Positions 9,004 through 19,044 of a stretch of DNA of 64,000 bases are shown here, piece by piece. A program made the translations under genes and the position numbers. The stretch lies in NCBI GenBank assembly GCA_002376885.1, contig DFOW01000004.1:1018-65017 (forward strand), written 5' to 3'. Position 1 is the stretch's first letter; the number at the start of each line of letters is the position of its first letter. This stretch comes from Patescibacteria group bacterium UBA3531. GTDB lineage: Bacteria > Patescibacteriota > Minisyncoccia > Phycocordibacterales > UBA3531. The notes beneath the pieces were generated by a model. The model saw only the letters and a list, made by a program, of their open reading frames with translations. It did no database searches and was not told the DNA's origin.

Positions 9004-9087
9004 AATGTCACTAGTATACACGAAAGACCCTTTTTGTTCTCCACACGATTTTGAGGAGATAAGCACAGTATTGATATAATAGCCCTA

Positions 9088-9486
9088 ATGATTGATTTTA
9101 GCCTTGGGGAGTACCAGCAAGTTGTTTTAGCTCTCTCGCGCCTTACGGTAGGGCTTGTAATGGTGTATTTTGGATGGCCTAAAATTAAAGATCTTCGGGC
9201 AAATGCTAATGATTTTACTGGGATGGGCTTTAAGCCAGGGTGGTTTTGGGGTACCCCCATCGCATTCCTTGAATTCTTTGGAGGAATTTTAATGATTGTT
9301 GGAGTGTATGCAGAAATCTTCGCTATCTTGTTTGCCGCCCAAATGCTTGTAGGAACTATCTGGAAGGTAAAAGTACAGAAAGGCTTCCCCCATTATTCCT
9401 ACGACCTTATTTTATTTGCGCTGTGTCTTGTGCTTATTGTGTTTGGAGCAGGTAGTTATTCTGTCCTTCCCTTCTCCTTCTCATAA
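9088..9486 (+). CDS. DoxX family membrane protein
   Basis: RLTVGLVMVYFGWPK...LEFFGG...GAGSYS. Confidence 0.88.
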   Translation: MIDFSLGEYQQVVLALSRLTVGLVMVYFGWPKIKDLRANANDFTGMGFKPGWFWGTPIAFLEFFGGILMIVGVYAEIFAILFAAQMLVGTIWKVKVQKGFPHYSYDLILFALCLVLIVFGAGSYSVLPFSFS

Positions 9487-10205
9487 CCCGCAAATTCTTC
9501 CATTTTAATATTGTCGGGAGAGACCTCAAGCTCTTCTAACACTTTATTCATGGCGCGCACCATAGCAGGTGGACCCACCACGTAAAAAATACACGTATCA
9601 ATATCTGTTAAATTCTTTTTGAGCATATCGGATGATATGTAACCGTGCTCAAGATCCTGGCCACTTACCTCTTCGTTGGTTACGGTATGCAACAAATCCA
9701 TTATTTTGTTTTCTTTCTTTTCATGGAGTTCAGATAAAAATGGAGCGTCTCCAAGTGTACGAGTAGATAAAACAAGCGTCATGGGGCGTTTTATTTTCTC
9801 TTCTTCAGCACTCCGCACCATACTCATAATAGGAGTAATGCCAATCCCCCCTACTAAAAATACTGCTCGTTTGTTGGTGTCCTGATGAAGCAAGAATGCG
9901 CCAAAAGGACCGTCTAAAAGAATCTCTTCGCTTTCTTTTAAGTTTCCTAAACACCTTTTAAATGCACTGTCTCGCATTCGTATGGCAACCTCAAGATATT
10001 CATGCTTGGGGGTACTTACTAAAGAAAAAACGCGGGCGTCTCCTTCATCATCTGTCTCTTTTGGATTAATAAGGGTGAGCTCTATGTATTGCCCTGGCTT
10101 ATAGGTAAACCCATCAGGTTTTGTAAAAAAGAAGGCCATAGTGCCGTCAGCAACCCTCTCTTTTTTAACGAATGTAATAGTTTGTTTATCCATGACGACC
10201 ATCAT
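9456..10205 (-). CDS. FAD/NAD(P)-binding oxidoreductase of the ferredoxin-NADP reductase family
   Basis: RVFSLVS, GPFG, GGIGITP, VVGPPAMV. Exact start uncertain. Confidence 0.88.
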   Translation of the reverse strand: MMVVMDKQTITFVKKERVADGTMAFFFTKPDGFTYKPGQYIELTLINPKETDDEGDARVFSLVSTPKHEYLEVAIRMRDSAFKRCLGNLKESEEILLDGPFGAFLLHQDTNKRAVFLVGGIGITPIMSMVRSAEEEKIKRPMTLVLSTRTLGDAPFLSELHEKKENKIMDLLHTVTNEEVSGQDLEHGYISSDMLKKNLTDIDTCIFYVVGPPAMVRAMNKVLEELEVSPDNIKMEEFAGYEKEKGRTE

Positions 10206-10270
10206 ACCATAGGCTTTTCTTTTCAGGGCTTTTCGTTACAATGGATCTATTACTCGAAAATATTTGATTC

Positions 10271-10771
10271 ATGGAAAATAAAACGCTTGTTATTATCATC
10301 CTTATTGTTCTTGCTATTTTAGTCATTGGATTTGCCTTCTTCCAGTCATTCCGCGGAACCACAGACACACCAACCAACGAAGAATCCGATCCTGAAGAAC
10401 TGGTTTACCCAACCATAAGCCCCGAGCAAGTCGTGCAAGAGTTTTATGATTGGTATTTAACAGAAGGAAACGCTCTCCCAAATGAGAACTTTGCAACAAG
10501 TTCATCTCTTACAGCTCGATTTATAAATTCAGTACAAGCACAGATCGCAACAGAAGAAGAGTTCGATCGTGATCCATTTGTGTGTTCAGCAGAATTGCCA
10601 CTTGAAGTTTCAACAAACTCAACCAATATCAATGATAGACGAGCAAACGTTGTCGTTGATTCTGTTCTTTCAGAAGTTGAGATGATTTCGTTTATTGCAG
10701 AACTTGATTTGACCGAAGATGCGAGCGCGTGGCAAATCAATAATGTTGTGTGTTTTGTAAAAGGGATCTAG
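10271..10771 (+). CDS. Membrane-anchored protein, DUF3828-like
   Basis: N-terminal TM; PEQVVQEFYDWY...DPFVCS...WQINNVVC. Confidence 0.6.
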   Translation: MENKTLVIIILIVLAILVIGFAFFQSFRGTTDTPTNEESDPEELVYPTISPEQVVQEFYDWYLTEGNALPNENFATSSSLTARFINSVQAQIATEEEFDRDPFVCSAELPLEVSTNSTNINDRRANVVVDSVLSEVEMISFIAELDLTEDASAWQINNVVCFVKGI

Positions 10772-10892
10772 AAAGGAATCTAAAGGACCCAAATTTTGGA
10801 ATAGCTTCTCTTTGGGGGGTCTTTGCATGTTTTGTTCTAGTTTTTGGTATACTTTAAAACAAGTCGTATTATTTTTTTATTAACTATTTTTT

Positions 10893-11186
10893 ATGGAAAA
10901 TAACACCCTTTCAAATACCCCTCAAGGAGGAGCAAAAAGCAAAGCAAACGCATCTTTGTTTTCTGGAATTTTGTCCATCTTGTTTGGTTTCAGTATCAGT
11001 CTTATTGGTCTAGTCTTTCCTCTGGTTACTGTTGTTACTGGAGTAATAGCTTTATCAAAGGGTTCTGCCGACAAGAGCGTGTCAAGAAATAGTTGGATAG
11101 GAATTGGATTAGTCGTGATAGCGATATTGCTGTGGCTCGTTGGAGTTCCTGGTCCAATTGGTGCTCTTTTTGATGGGCTACTTTAG
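10893..11186 (+). CDS. Small membrane protein, DUF4190-like
   Basis: ASLFSGILS...GVIALS...IGIGL helices. Confidence 0.55.
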   Translation: MENNTLSNTPQGGAKSKANASLFSGILSILFGFSISLIGLVFPLVTVVTGVIALSKGSADKSVSRNSWIGIGLVVIAILLWLVGVPGPIGALFDGLL

Positions 11187-11224
11187 TTTAGGTTTGAAAA
11201 ACCCTCTAATTTTTAACTAACCTT

Positions 11225-11815
11225 ATGCAAGGCTCTGGCAGTTTTACTTGGTCTATAACCCAAGAGGAATTTAGAAATAGAAGGAAAAAGGCAATTCGGA
11301 ACTTATTTATCCCCCTTCTATTTATTGGGGTTATTGCTGGAACGGTAGGATACCCTCTTTTATTTCTGGGTGATTTATTTCGTGATCCGAAAAGTGTATT
11401 AGCAACCGTACTGTATATTTTAGGGGGAATTGTGTTGGCGAGTCTGGTTCTGTATTTCGGTACAGGTCTCATAAGAAGAGGAACATACAGCTACTCTATA
11501 TCTGAAAAAGGAATTTCCATCTCTGTTGGTAAAAAGAAAAAAGACTATGAATGGATCTTGTTTAGGGGTTTCTATGAATATCTAACGCAAAATGCCAGCA
11601 GTGGGAAGCGACACGTATTGTCTGATCAAGAAAGTAAAATCACAGGTGGAATCTTATATCTAATTAAAAAGGGCGGTTTTATAAAGATATTTGTCGTGGT
11701 TTACACAGAGCCAGATAACCACGAAAAAGTGATAAATATTTTATCCAACTATCTTTCAAAGGAAGAATCAACTTTATCTAAGGACTTGGGTCTTACTAGG
11801 TTTGAGTTTAAGTAG
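11225..11815 (+). CDS. Hypothetical membrane protein: 2 TM helices plus a soluble domain
   Basis: Long ORF with two hydrophobic helices followed by a beta-rich domain. Confidence 0.6.
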   Translation: MQGSGSFTWSITQEEFRNRRKKAIRNLFIPLLFIGVIAGTVGYPLLFLGDLFRDPKSVLATVLYILGGIVLASLVLYFGTGLIRRGTYSYSISEKGISISVGKKKKDYEWILFRGFYEYLTQNASSGKRHVLSDQESKITGGILYLIKKGGFIKIFVVVYTEPDNHEKVINILSNYLSKEESTLSKDLGLTRFEFK

Positions 11816-11886
11816 CTCAAGCTTCTCTTTAACCTCCTCTATACAACTCTCATTCCACAATACCTCAATTATTGGAACAGCTTTTC

Positions 11887-12309
11887 CTAACGAACCCGAG
11901 AAAGCTGATTATAGAGCCACGCAATCAAAACCCCTCCCACAAAGCCATCTACAAGCCCCCAGAGGCTTCCTGCAAGAGCGCCTATCCAGGTGCTGTCATA
12001 ACCAATATAAAAGCCAGACAGGGCCTCTACTGCCCCCACTCCAACTCCATAAATAGAAAATACTCCTAAAATAAAGGTTCCCGAGCCGATAGCAATTCCA
12101 AGCGCAAGTCCAAAGTTCATGACATCAATACCACGACTCCCACTCGCTGAGACATTGGTAACGCTCACCCCGACAAGGTGTCGAGACCGATGCGGACATG
12201 TGCACTCTTCCAAGAGTTTATAACGATGAGAACATGACGCATTCATGCACACACTTGGCCGATCCGAAACGCTTGTGCATTCTGCACCTCTACAAATAAA
12301 ATGTGTCAT
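11887..12309 (-). CDS. Cys-rich N-terminal domain fused to a small membrane domain
   Basis: Six Cys in the first 38 aa, then hydrophobic helices ending WLYNQL. Confidence 0.6.
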   Translation of the reverse strand: MTHFICRGAECTSVSDRPSVCMNASCSHRYKLLEECTCPHRSRHLVGVSVTNVSASGSRGIDVMNFGLALGIAIGSGTFILGVFSIYGVGVGAVEALSGFYIGYDSTWIGALAGSLWGLVDGFVGGVLIAWLYNQLSRVR

Positions 12310-12400
12310 AGATTATTACTTGATGTTTATTTTAACAAAGACAGGACGTACTTTTAACATAGTTTTCCACTTTTAACCCTTGTGTTATAGTGCATTCATC

Positions 12401-13207
12401 ATGACAGAGGAAATCATTTTAGGAATTGTTCAAGGTATTACGGAGTGGCTCCCGGTCAGCTCATCTGGAATGCTTCTTTTAATTGAAAATAATTTTTTTG
12501 CAAATTCTTCTCGGAGTCTCGTTGACAACCTGCAACTCATAACCTTCCTTCATTTAGGGACCTTCTTCTCTGCCCTTATTTATTTCAGGCGAGATGTATG
12601 GAATGTCATAAAAACTCTTTTCTCGTATAAAAAACAGTCTCAAACTGACCAAGCATTATTTCACTTTCTTTTATTAACAACTATTGTTACCGGAATTGTT
12701 GGCTACGGAATTAAAGAATTAATAGAATTTGCCGAGGGCGCTGTTGTATTTACCGGACCAATCATAAACGCTATTCTTGGGCTCCTTTTGATTGGTACTG
12801 CTATTGCTTCTCTTAAAAAAAGAGAGTCTGACAATCCTCGAGAAATAAGATCGCTTAATGGTAAAGACTCTGTATTTTTGGGAATCCTCCAGGGGCTTTC
12901 TGCATTCCCAGGCATCTCACGGTCTGGAACAACGGTGTTTGGGATCTTATTTAGACGGTTTGAGAAAGAATCTGCGCTCCGCGTGAGCTTTATTATGGGG
13001 CTCCCGGTAACTCTTGGAGCTAATATTGTTTGGGGGACCTTCTCGCTTGTGTTTACTGCTGCTAATCTTGTGGCTTTCTTCTTTTCATTTATTTTTGGTC
13101 TTCTTACTATTCATGTACTTTTGCGATTTGCCGAACGTGTAAACGTTGGCTATTTCCTTCTTCTTTTCGGAATCTTACTTGTTTTAGCGTCATTTCTTCC
13201 ACTATAA
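12401..13207 (+). CDS. uppP: Undecaprenyl-diphosphate phosphatase
   Basis: QGITEWLPVSSSG and FPGISRSGTT motifs. Confidence 0.92.
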   Translation: MTEEIILGIVQGITEWLPVSSSGMLLLIENNFFANSSRSLVDNLQLITFLHLGTFFSALIYFRRDVWNVIKTLFSYKKQSQTDQALFHFLLLTTIVTGIVGYGIKELIEFAEGAVVFTGPIINAILGLLLIGTAIASLKKRESDNPREIRSLNGKDSVFLGILQGLSAFPGISRSGTTVFGILFRRFEKESALRVSFIMGLPVTLGANIVWGTFSLVFTAANLVAFFFSFIFGLLTIHVLLRFAERVNVGYFLLLFGILLVLASFLPL

Positions 13208-13273
13208 GTGAGGGTTGAAAACTCAAATATTTTTTGTATAGTGTAGCCAGACCTTTAACGGAAGGGGGATCCG

Positions 13274-13498
13274 TTGGATCAAATCGGCGTGGAAGATGCT
13301 GGGGCACAGGCTGCCGTTTACCACTTCAAGGACGACTCTCGCTGTGGCGAGATCGTACCGAAAGGGAACGGTACCAAACGGTGGGAGTGCAACGGCTGTG
13401 GAATCTTCATCGCGGAGGGCAGTCTTCGATTCGCCCTACCGGTTCACCCAACCCAGATGATCTCTCCTGAGATCGAAACGAGGGCTACCGCACGGTAG
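13274..13498 (+). CDS. GC-rich cassette ORF, putative Zn-binding protein
   Basis: Promoter TTGAAA-16-TATAGT (13215-13242), purine-rich RBS, H...C...CNGC motif, hairpin CGAGGGCTACC/GGTAGCCCTCG at about 13479-13504. Confidence 0.5.
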   Translation: MDQIGVEDAGAQAAVYHFKDDSRCGEIVPKGNGTKRWECNGCGIFIAEGSLRFALPVHPTQMISPEIETRATAR

Positions 13499-13511
13499 CC
13501 CTCGAACCTTT

Positions 13512-14891
13512 TTAAGAGAATTTTTCTTCTAAATATTTTTTAAGGTCAGATATAGCAACTCTATCTTGTGTCATAGTGTCGCGTTCACGCACCGTAACTG
13601 CTTTGTCTTCAAGCGAATCAAAATCGATAGTTATGCAAAACGGTGTCCCAATTTCATCTTGTCGTCTGTATCGCTTCCCTATTGATTGTGTCTCATCGTA
13701 TGCACACACAAAGCTATCTTTTAATTCATTAAAAATGGTTTTTGCTTCACTTGTGAGTTCGTCTTTTTTAGAAAGTGGAAGAATAGCAACTTTTACGGGA
13801 GCAATGTTTTTATTCAGTCGTAACACTATACGCTCTTCCCCATTCACTTCTTCTTCATCATAAGCGTCCGCCAAAAGCGCCAAAAAGAGTCTTCCAACAC
13901 CACCTGATGTCTCAACCACATGCGGAATAAACTTATCGTTTGTTTCTTGATCAAAATATTCAAGCGATACTCCTGAATGCTTTTGGTGCTGTGTTAAGTC
14001 GTAACTACCGCGCGCATGGATCCCCTCAAGCTCTCCCCACCCAAACGGGAATTTATATTCAATATCATCTGCCTTAGTAGCATAAAATACGAGGTTCTCG
14101 TGAGGAGCCCATTTTAGGTTCTTTTTATTGAGCCCAAGCTCAACGAGCGCATTAAATCGGTACTCTTTAAACTCATCGTAGTATTTCATTTCATCCTCTG
14201 GGCGTACAAAAAATTGCATTTCCATTTGCTCAAATTCTCGCGTTCTAAAAAGGTATTGCCGTGGAGAAATCTCATTCCTAAATGCCTTTCCTATTTGGGC
14301 CACTCCAAAAGGAATTTTTTGGTTAGTAGTATCAAGCACATTTTTATAGTTAATATAAATACCTTGTGCAGTCTCCCCTCGCAAGTAACTTGGACCACTA
14401 TTGCTTGTGGTTCCTAAATTTGATTCAGTAAGTAAGTTAAATTTTTTAACGGGAGTAAATTCATTGTCTGGGCACTCTGGACACTTGATATCTTTTTTAT
14501 GCTTTTCAAATAATTCATTGAGCTCATCTTCTGACATCTTCTCGTCTGCCCCTACTCCAATCTCTTCAAGCAAATGGTCTGCGCGGAATCGTTTTCCGTT
14601 TTTTTTACATTCAACAAGTGGGTCAGAGAATCCACTCGTGTGACCACTTGCTTCCCACACCTTTGGATGCATAAAAATCCCTGAATCAAGCCCAACAATG
14701 TCGGGGCGTCCTTGAACCATAATGCGCCACCATTCCCTTTTAATATTATTAGCAAGCTCTACTCCTGTTGGCCCATAATCGTACACACCCGCAAACCCTC
14801 CATAAATTTCTGACGAAGGATAGACAAACCCTCTCCGTTTTAAAAGAGAGGTTAACTTTTCCATCTTTTCGATATCTTTGTCTTTTGCCAT
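13512..14891 (-). CDS. glyQS: Glycine--tRNA ligase, alpha2 type
   Basis: YDYGPTG, LRGETAQG, FRNEISPR, FRTREFEQME, IGKRYRRQDEIGTP. Confidence 0.95.
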   Translation of the reverse strand: MAKDKDIEKMEKLTSLLKRRGFVYPSSEIYGGFAGVYDYGPTGVELANNIKREWWRIMVQGRPDIVGLDSGIFMHPKVWEASGHTSGFSDPLVECKKNGKRFRADHLLEEIGVGADEKMSEDELNELFEKHKKDIKCPECPDNEFTPVKKFNLLTESNLGTTSNSGPSYLRGETAQGIYINYKNVLDTTNQKIPFGVAQIGKAFRNEISPRQYLFRTREFEQMEMQFFVRPEDEMKYYDEFKEYRFNALVELGLNKKNLKWAPHENLVFYATKADDIEYKFPFGWGELEGIHARGSYDLTQHQKHSGVSLEYFDQETNDKFIPHVVETSGGVGRLFLALLADAYDEEEVNGEERIVLRLNKNIAPVKVAILPLSKKDELTSEAKTIFNELKDSFVCAYDETQSIGKRYRRQDEIGTPFCITIDFDSLEDKAVTVRERDTMTQDRVAISDLKKYLEEKFS

Positions 14892-14954
14892 CCTAATAAA
14901 ATTCTTAATTATCTTTTTGTATGGTTTATGTTTGTCCCGTGGAATTTTAACAGG
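14892..14954 (-). repeat. Inverted-repeat element A1 abutting the glyQS start codon
   Basis: CCTAATAAAATTC...GAATTTTAACAGG on the + strand; related to copies at 21213, 49160, 56568 and 61917. Confidence 0.8.
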
Positions 14955-14959
14955 ACAGG

Positions 14960-15331
14960 TTACAATAGTTGTTTTATATTCTCGGGTGGTCTTCCAAGCA
15001 CAGCACGATCCCCTCGTTCAATAATGGGCCGTTGCATAAGGTCTGGATACTGTATCATAAGATCAATATATTCGTCATCGGTAAGCTCTTTATCTTTTAA
15101 TTTGAGCTCTTTATACTTCTCCTCGCTTGTCCGCACAAGCTCACGCGGAGTAATCCCAAGCTTTTCTATAAGCCCCGCAAGTTTTTTATGAGACAAAGGA
15201 TTGGTATGGTATTCCCACACCTCATATGCCATCATGGCTTTATCCAAAATAGCGATTGTTTCTCTGCATTTTGAGCACGTAGACTTCTCATACACCACCA
15301 AGTGCGAATCTTCGCTATTTTTTTCTGACAT
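14960..15331 (-). CDS. ArsC/Spx family protein
   Basis: CSKCRE, LMQRPII, GRPPE motifs. Confidence 0.85.
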   Translation of the reverse strand: MSEKNSEDSHLVVYEKSTCSKCRETIAILDKAMMAYEVWEYHTNPLSHKKLAGLIEKLGITPRELVRTSEEKYKELKLKDKELTDDEYIDLMIQYPDLMQRPIIERGDRAVLGRPPENIKQLL

Positions 15332-15381
15332 GGTTAAATTGTACCTATAATTTGTTATTATCGCCAGACACAAAAACAAAC

Positions 15382-16020
15382 ATGAAAGACGACATTATCC
15401 TTATAAACAAACCCCCGGGAATCACATCATACGATGTTATCCGCAAACTTAAACAAAAGTTCCCAGGAGAGAAGCTTGGCCATGCCGGCACCCTTGATCC
15501 TCTCGCAGAGGGGCTTTTACTGGTTGGGATTGGGAAAGGCACAAAAAAACTAAAAGACTTAATCGGGTTCCCTAAAACCTATGAAGCAACTGTTCTTATT
15601 GGTAAGAAAACAACAACCGGAGATTTGGAGGGAGATATTACTGAAGAAAAGAATGTTGAGAGTCTTACTGAAAAAGAAGTCCGGGATGTTTTAGAAGAGC
15701 TGACAGGAATAATCAGAATCCCTATTCCCCTTTATTCTGCTATTAAATACAAAGGTAAGCGCTTGTATAAACATGCTCGAGAGGGCGCAGACATAGAGAC
15801 ACCCCATGGTGATATGGAAGTTCATTCAACCACCTTAAACAACCTAAAAAAAGAAGGGGCATATTATTATCTTGATCTTACGCTTTCTGTTGGGAGCGGG
15901 ACCTATATTCGCTCAATTGCAGAAGAGATTGGAAAACGTTTAGGATACCCCGCGACCACAGCCCATCTTAAAAGGACATCTATTGGAGAGTATTTTTTAG
16001 AAGATGCGCAAAGCATATAA
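15382..16020 (+). CDS. truB: tRNA pseudouridine(55) synthase
   Basis: GHAGTLDPLAEG, YSAIKYKGKRLY, GTYIRS. Confidence 0.93.
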   Translation: MKDDIILINKPPGITSYDVIRKLKQKFPGEKLGHAGTLDPLAEGLLLVGIGKGTKKLKDLIGFPKTYEATVLIGKKTTTGDLEGDITEEKNVESLTEKEVRDVLEELTGIIRIPIPLYSAIKYKGKRLYKHAREGADIETPHGDMEVHSTTLNNLKKEGAYYYLDLTLSVGSGTYIRSIAEEIGKRLGYPATTAHLKRTSIGEYFLEDAQSI

Positions 16021-16054
16021 AACAAAAATACCCCGAGTCGGGGTATTTTTGTTT
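16020..16054. terminator. Bidirectional terminator
   Basis: AAACAAAAATACCCC-gagtc-GGGGTATTTTTGTTT between convergent genes. Confidence 0.85.
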
Positions 16055-16067
16055 GGTCAATTTCAAA

Positions 16068-17246
16068 TTAAGACCAGAGTCTGTTTTTGAGTAAATGAAG
16101 CACACTTCCAAATGTTGCAAGGAAGAGAATAAACGATGCCAAGAACCCAATAACAGGAATAAGCATGAGTGCCAAAAGCACTACCACTCCTACAATCGCT
16201 GTTACCCAATCAAGTCTGATATCATCGCTTCGTGTTGCAAGCTTAATAGCAAGCGCTCCAATAACCACACTTGTTGCAAGTTTTGCAGCAAGTAATACGG
16301 TCATGTATCCAAGTCCAAGCAAGAAACCAAGAGGCATTCCAATAAGGGTAATGAGAAGAATGAATGCCAAAATTGGGAGAATAATGAGCGCCACAAATCC
16401 TACTCCTACACTCTTCCAAAATGATCGTGCTACATGAGACACGACACTTCGTGTTCCATCTTTTGCTGCGTAGACAAGAATAAGAGCCACCACCAAAAGC
16501 ATAAGGGCCATGGTTGTTACCCCAAATCCTAGGATTTTTTCTCCTGTTGGAGGGGCATCGCTTCTCATAACTTCTTCAAAGGTGAGTTCTCCTCGAACCG
16601 TTGCACCTTCGTCAATTTTTGCTTCTTTTGACGATTCATAGACACCACCACCAATGTTTGCGCCGTTACCAATCACAAGTCCGTCTTGAACTTTTGCATT
16701 AAGTGACCCAAGAATTGTTCCATTGATCCGGAGTTCTCCTCCTTCAACTCGAACATCTCCTGTTACCGTTCCGTCAATCGTGGTAAGTCCACCAAACACA
16801 ACCACATCTCCTGACACGGTTGCGCCCGATACCAAGTGCACTACCCCACCAGCGGCGACAACATCACCACCAACAGCATTTGCTACTTGAACGTTTCCTC
16901 CTGCTACTCGAAGATCATCTCGGACAAATCCCAAAATGTTTACGTCACCCCCTGCAACAAGAGCATCCCGGCCAACACCACCAGAGACAGTTACATTACC
17001 CCCTGCTCCAATAAGGTTCCCGGATGTTTCTCCAAGAACAGTAACTTCACCTCCTGCAATAAGAAGGTCTCCTATAACGTTGCCTGAGAGTGTTGCAACA
17101 CCCGCAGCAACGTACAAATCGTCACGAACGGTTTCTCGTTCAGGAAGAGCAAACTCCTCTCCCCCTTCAAAGGTTGCTCCATACACAGTCGCCGTTCCAA
17201 AAACTGCGACAAACAAGAGCACACCCAAGGCTATAAATTTATTCAT
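16068..17246 (-). CDS. Beta-helix (polymer-forming cytoskeletal-like) protein with C-terminal TM domain
   Basis: Signal peptide, repeated GDL(L/V)xAGGxVxI.G units, several C-terminal TM helices. Confidence 0.8.
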   Translation of the reverse strand: MNKFIALGVLLFVAVFGTATVYGATFEGGEEFALPERETVRDDLYVAAGVATLSGNVIGDLLIAGGEVTVLGETSGNLIGAGGNVTVSGGVGRDALVAGGDVNILGFVRDDLRVAGGNVQVANAVGGDVVAAGGVVHLVSGATVSGDVVVFGGLTTIDGTVTGDVRVEGGELRINGTILGSLNAKVQDGLVIGNGANIGGGVYESSKEAKIDEGATVRGELTFEEVMRSDAPPTGEKILGFGVTTMALMLLVVALILVYAAKDGTRSVVSHVARSFWKSVGVGFVALIILPILAFILLITLIGMPLGFLLGLGYMTVLLAAKLATSVVIGALAIKLATRSDDIRLDWVTAIVGVVVLLALMLIPVIGFLASFILFLATFGSVLHLLKNRLWS

Positions 17247-17316
17247 TATAAAAAATGCTAGTTATTAATACCTACGTTCTACCAAAAAACGGGACTCTCT
17301 ACAAGGAGGCAAGGTT

Positions 17317-17510
17317 AAAGGCCCGGCCGCCGAAGCGAACCGGGCCTTCTTCAACCTGAGAGTGCTCCAGCCGGAGCAGTTAGACGTGTCAGTGACATCC
17401 TTTGGCGTGAGGGTAGCCACATCGGGCCTCTCCACTTGCAGCCGGTCTCAGGCGGGGATGGTTTGAGACAACGAAGCCGGTTGAACCACCACCCTGCACG
17501 TGCTGGAAGC
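17317..17510 (-). ncRNA. Candidate GC-rich structured small RNA (or mRNA for a 23-aa peptide at 17422-17351)
   Basis: Promoter TTGATT-16-TAGACT, several internal helices, terminator AAGGCCCGG...CCGGGCCTTT; no long ORF. Confidence 0.45.
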
Positions 17511-17570
17511 AGTCTAACAATTTGTATTTAAAAATCAACCCCGTCAAATAACCCCACAGGGTTAGCTTCG

Positions 17571-18344
17571 CTATTTGACCGGGTCAAGCTCTATCCCTAC
17601 TGGGCAGTGATCACTACCCAAAACATAATCTAGTATAAAAGCGCTTTTGAGATTCTTTTGCACATCAGGGCTCGTAATAAAATAGTCTATTCTCCACCCC
17701 ACGTTGCGGTCTCTGGCACGACTCTTCATATCCCACCAGCTGTAAGCATCACGTCTGTCAGGGTAAAAATGCCGAAAGGTATCAATATAGCCAGCGGCCA
17801 TAAGCTCATCAAACCAGGCGCGTTCTTCTTCCCGGAAGCCTGCCCTGCCTTCGTTTTCTTTTGGGCGGGCCAGGTCAATCTCTTCGTGGGCAACATTTAA
17901 ATCCCCACACATTACCACCTTGTGACCCTTTTTACGGAGTCCTTCCATAAATTCTAAAATCGCATCGTTGTATTCGAGCTTCATAGGAAGACGTTCTTCC
18001 ATACCACTGTTTGGAAAGTAACAGTTTATGAGTACAAAATCTTTAAAATAAGCAACGAGTGTTCGTCCTTCGTCATCAAATTTTTTAACACCAAATCCTT
18101 TTTCTACCCTCTCGGGTTTTATTTTTGTATAAATAGCAACGCCATTAAACCCTTTACGTTTTTTTGTATGGTCAAAATATCCGGTGTAGCCGTCGGGATT
18201 CTTTAATTCATCTACCAAATCCACTTCTTCTGCCTTTGTTTCTTGAAGACACAAAATATCGGGACTGTCGTCATATAACCAATCCAAAAATCCATTTTTG
18301 TGAGTCGCCCGTAACCCATTCACATTCCAAGACAATATTCGCAT
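17571..18344 (-). CDS. xth: Exodeoxyribonuclease III
   Basis: SWNVNGLRA, LQETK, GDLNVAH, GWRIDY, GSDHCPV. ATG 18344 lies 7 nt after TATAAT. Confidence 0.95.
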   Translation of the reverse strand: MRILSWNVNGLRATHKNGFLDWLYDDSPDILCLQETKAEEVDLVDELKNPDGYTGYFDHTKKRKGFNGVAIYTKIKPERVEKGFGVKKFDDEGRTLVAYFKDFVLINCYFPNSGMEERLPMKLEYNDAILEFMEGLRKKGHKVVMCGDLNVAHEEIDLARPKENEGRAGFREEERAWFDELMAAGYIDTFRHFYPDRRDAYSWWDMKSRARDRNVGWRIDYFITSPDVQKNLKSAFILDYVLGSDHCPVGIELDPVK

Positions 18345-18414
18345 GAACTCGATTATACCAGACAAACTTGCAATAAAGGCCCTAGTTATATAAATTGGAT
18401 ACGGACTGGCAATC

Positions 18415-18903
18415 ATGCCTGAAAGGAGCAGTACCGTGCAGGAGCACACCCATTCGTGGTCTGGCACCCAGATCGAAGGTTTCCGGCTGGTTGCCGGAGC
18501 AGAGATCCGAGGTACCGACCGCTACGATTCCTCGACGGGCAAGTGGGAGCCTCCGCCCCCTGCTGTCGGCCGCAACATGGACGACCCCTACGATCGGGGC
18601 CTCACCCTCGAGGAAGGGTGCCCGACCATGTGGATTCGTCCGGAGCTCTCCGACAACACGAAGGAGCTTCTCATGCTCCTCCGAGCGCGGCTTCTCGACA
18701 TCCATGAGAAGAGCATGACGGCTACGCGTCTCCCGATCGGGAGGTGGGAGCAGTATCCCGTCCCCAGCCGAGAGAGCGTGCAGGAGCTTCGTGACTGCGG
18801 GCTCGTCGCCCCCTACCAGGGCAAGACCTACGAGACCGAGTTCACGACGGTTCTCCGCCTGACGGAGCTCGGAAGGGAGACCGCCGAAGGACTCCTCTCC
18901 TGA
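18415..18903 (+). CDS. GC-rich cassette hypothetical protein; C-terminus resembles a winged helix
   Basis: Promoter TTGCAA-17-TAAATT (18368-18396); G/C-ending codons; QELRDCGLV...LRLTELGRE. Confidence 0.65.
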   Translation: MPERSSTVQEHTHSWSGTQIEGFRLVAGAEIRGTDRYDSSTGKWEPPPPAVGRNMDDPYDRGLTLEEGCPTMWIRPELSDNTKELLMLLRARLLDIHEKSMTATRLPIGRWEQYPVPSRESVQELRDCGLVAPYQGKTYETEFTTVLRLTELGRETAEGLLS

Positions 18904-18912
18904 TCAACCAGA

Positions 18913-18947
18913 GGCCCCGGCCGCGTTCACACGCGCCGGGGCCTTTC
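18913..18947 (+). terminator. Terminator nearly identical to 19710-19744
   Basis: GGCCCCGGCCGCGTTCACACGCGCCGGGGCCTTTC. Confidence 0.8.
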
Positions 18948-19044
18948 ATTTTTGTTGACAATATATTTTTTATATTGTAATTTTTTTTCAGGTGTACACG
19001 CGACGCAGTCGAGAGACACTGTCGCAAAAACACAGGAGCAAATC

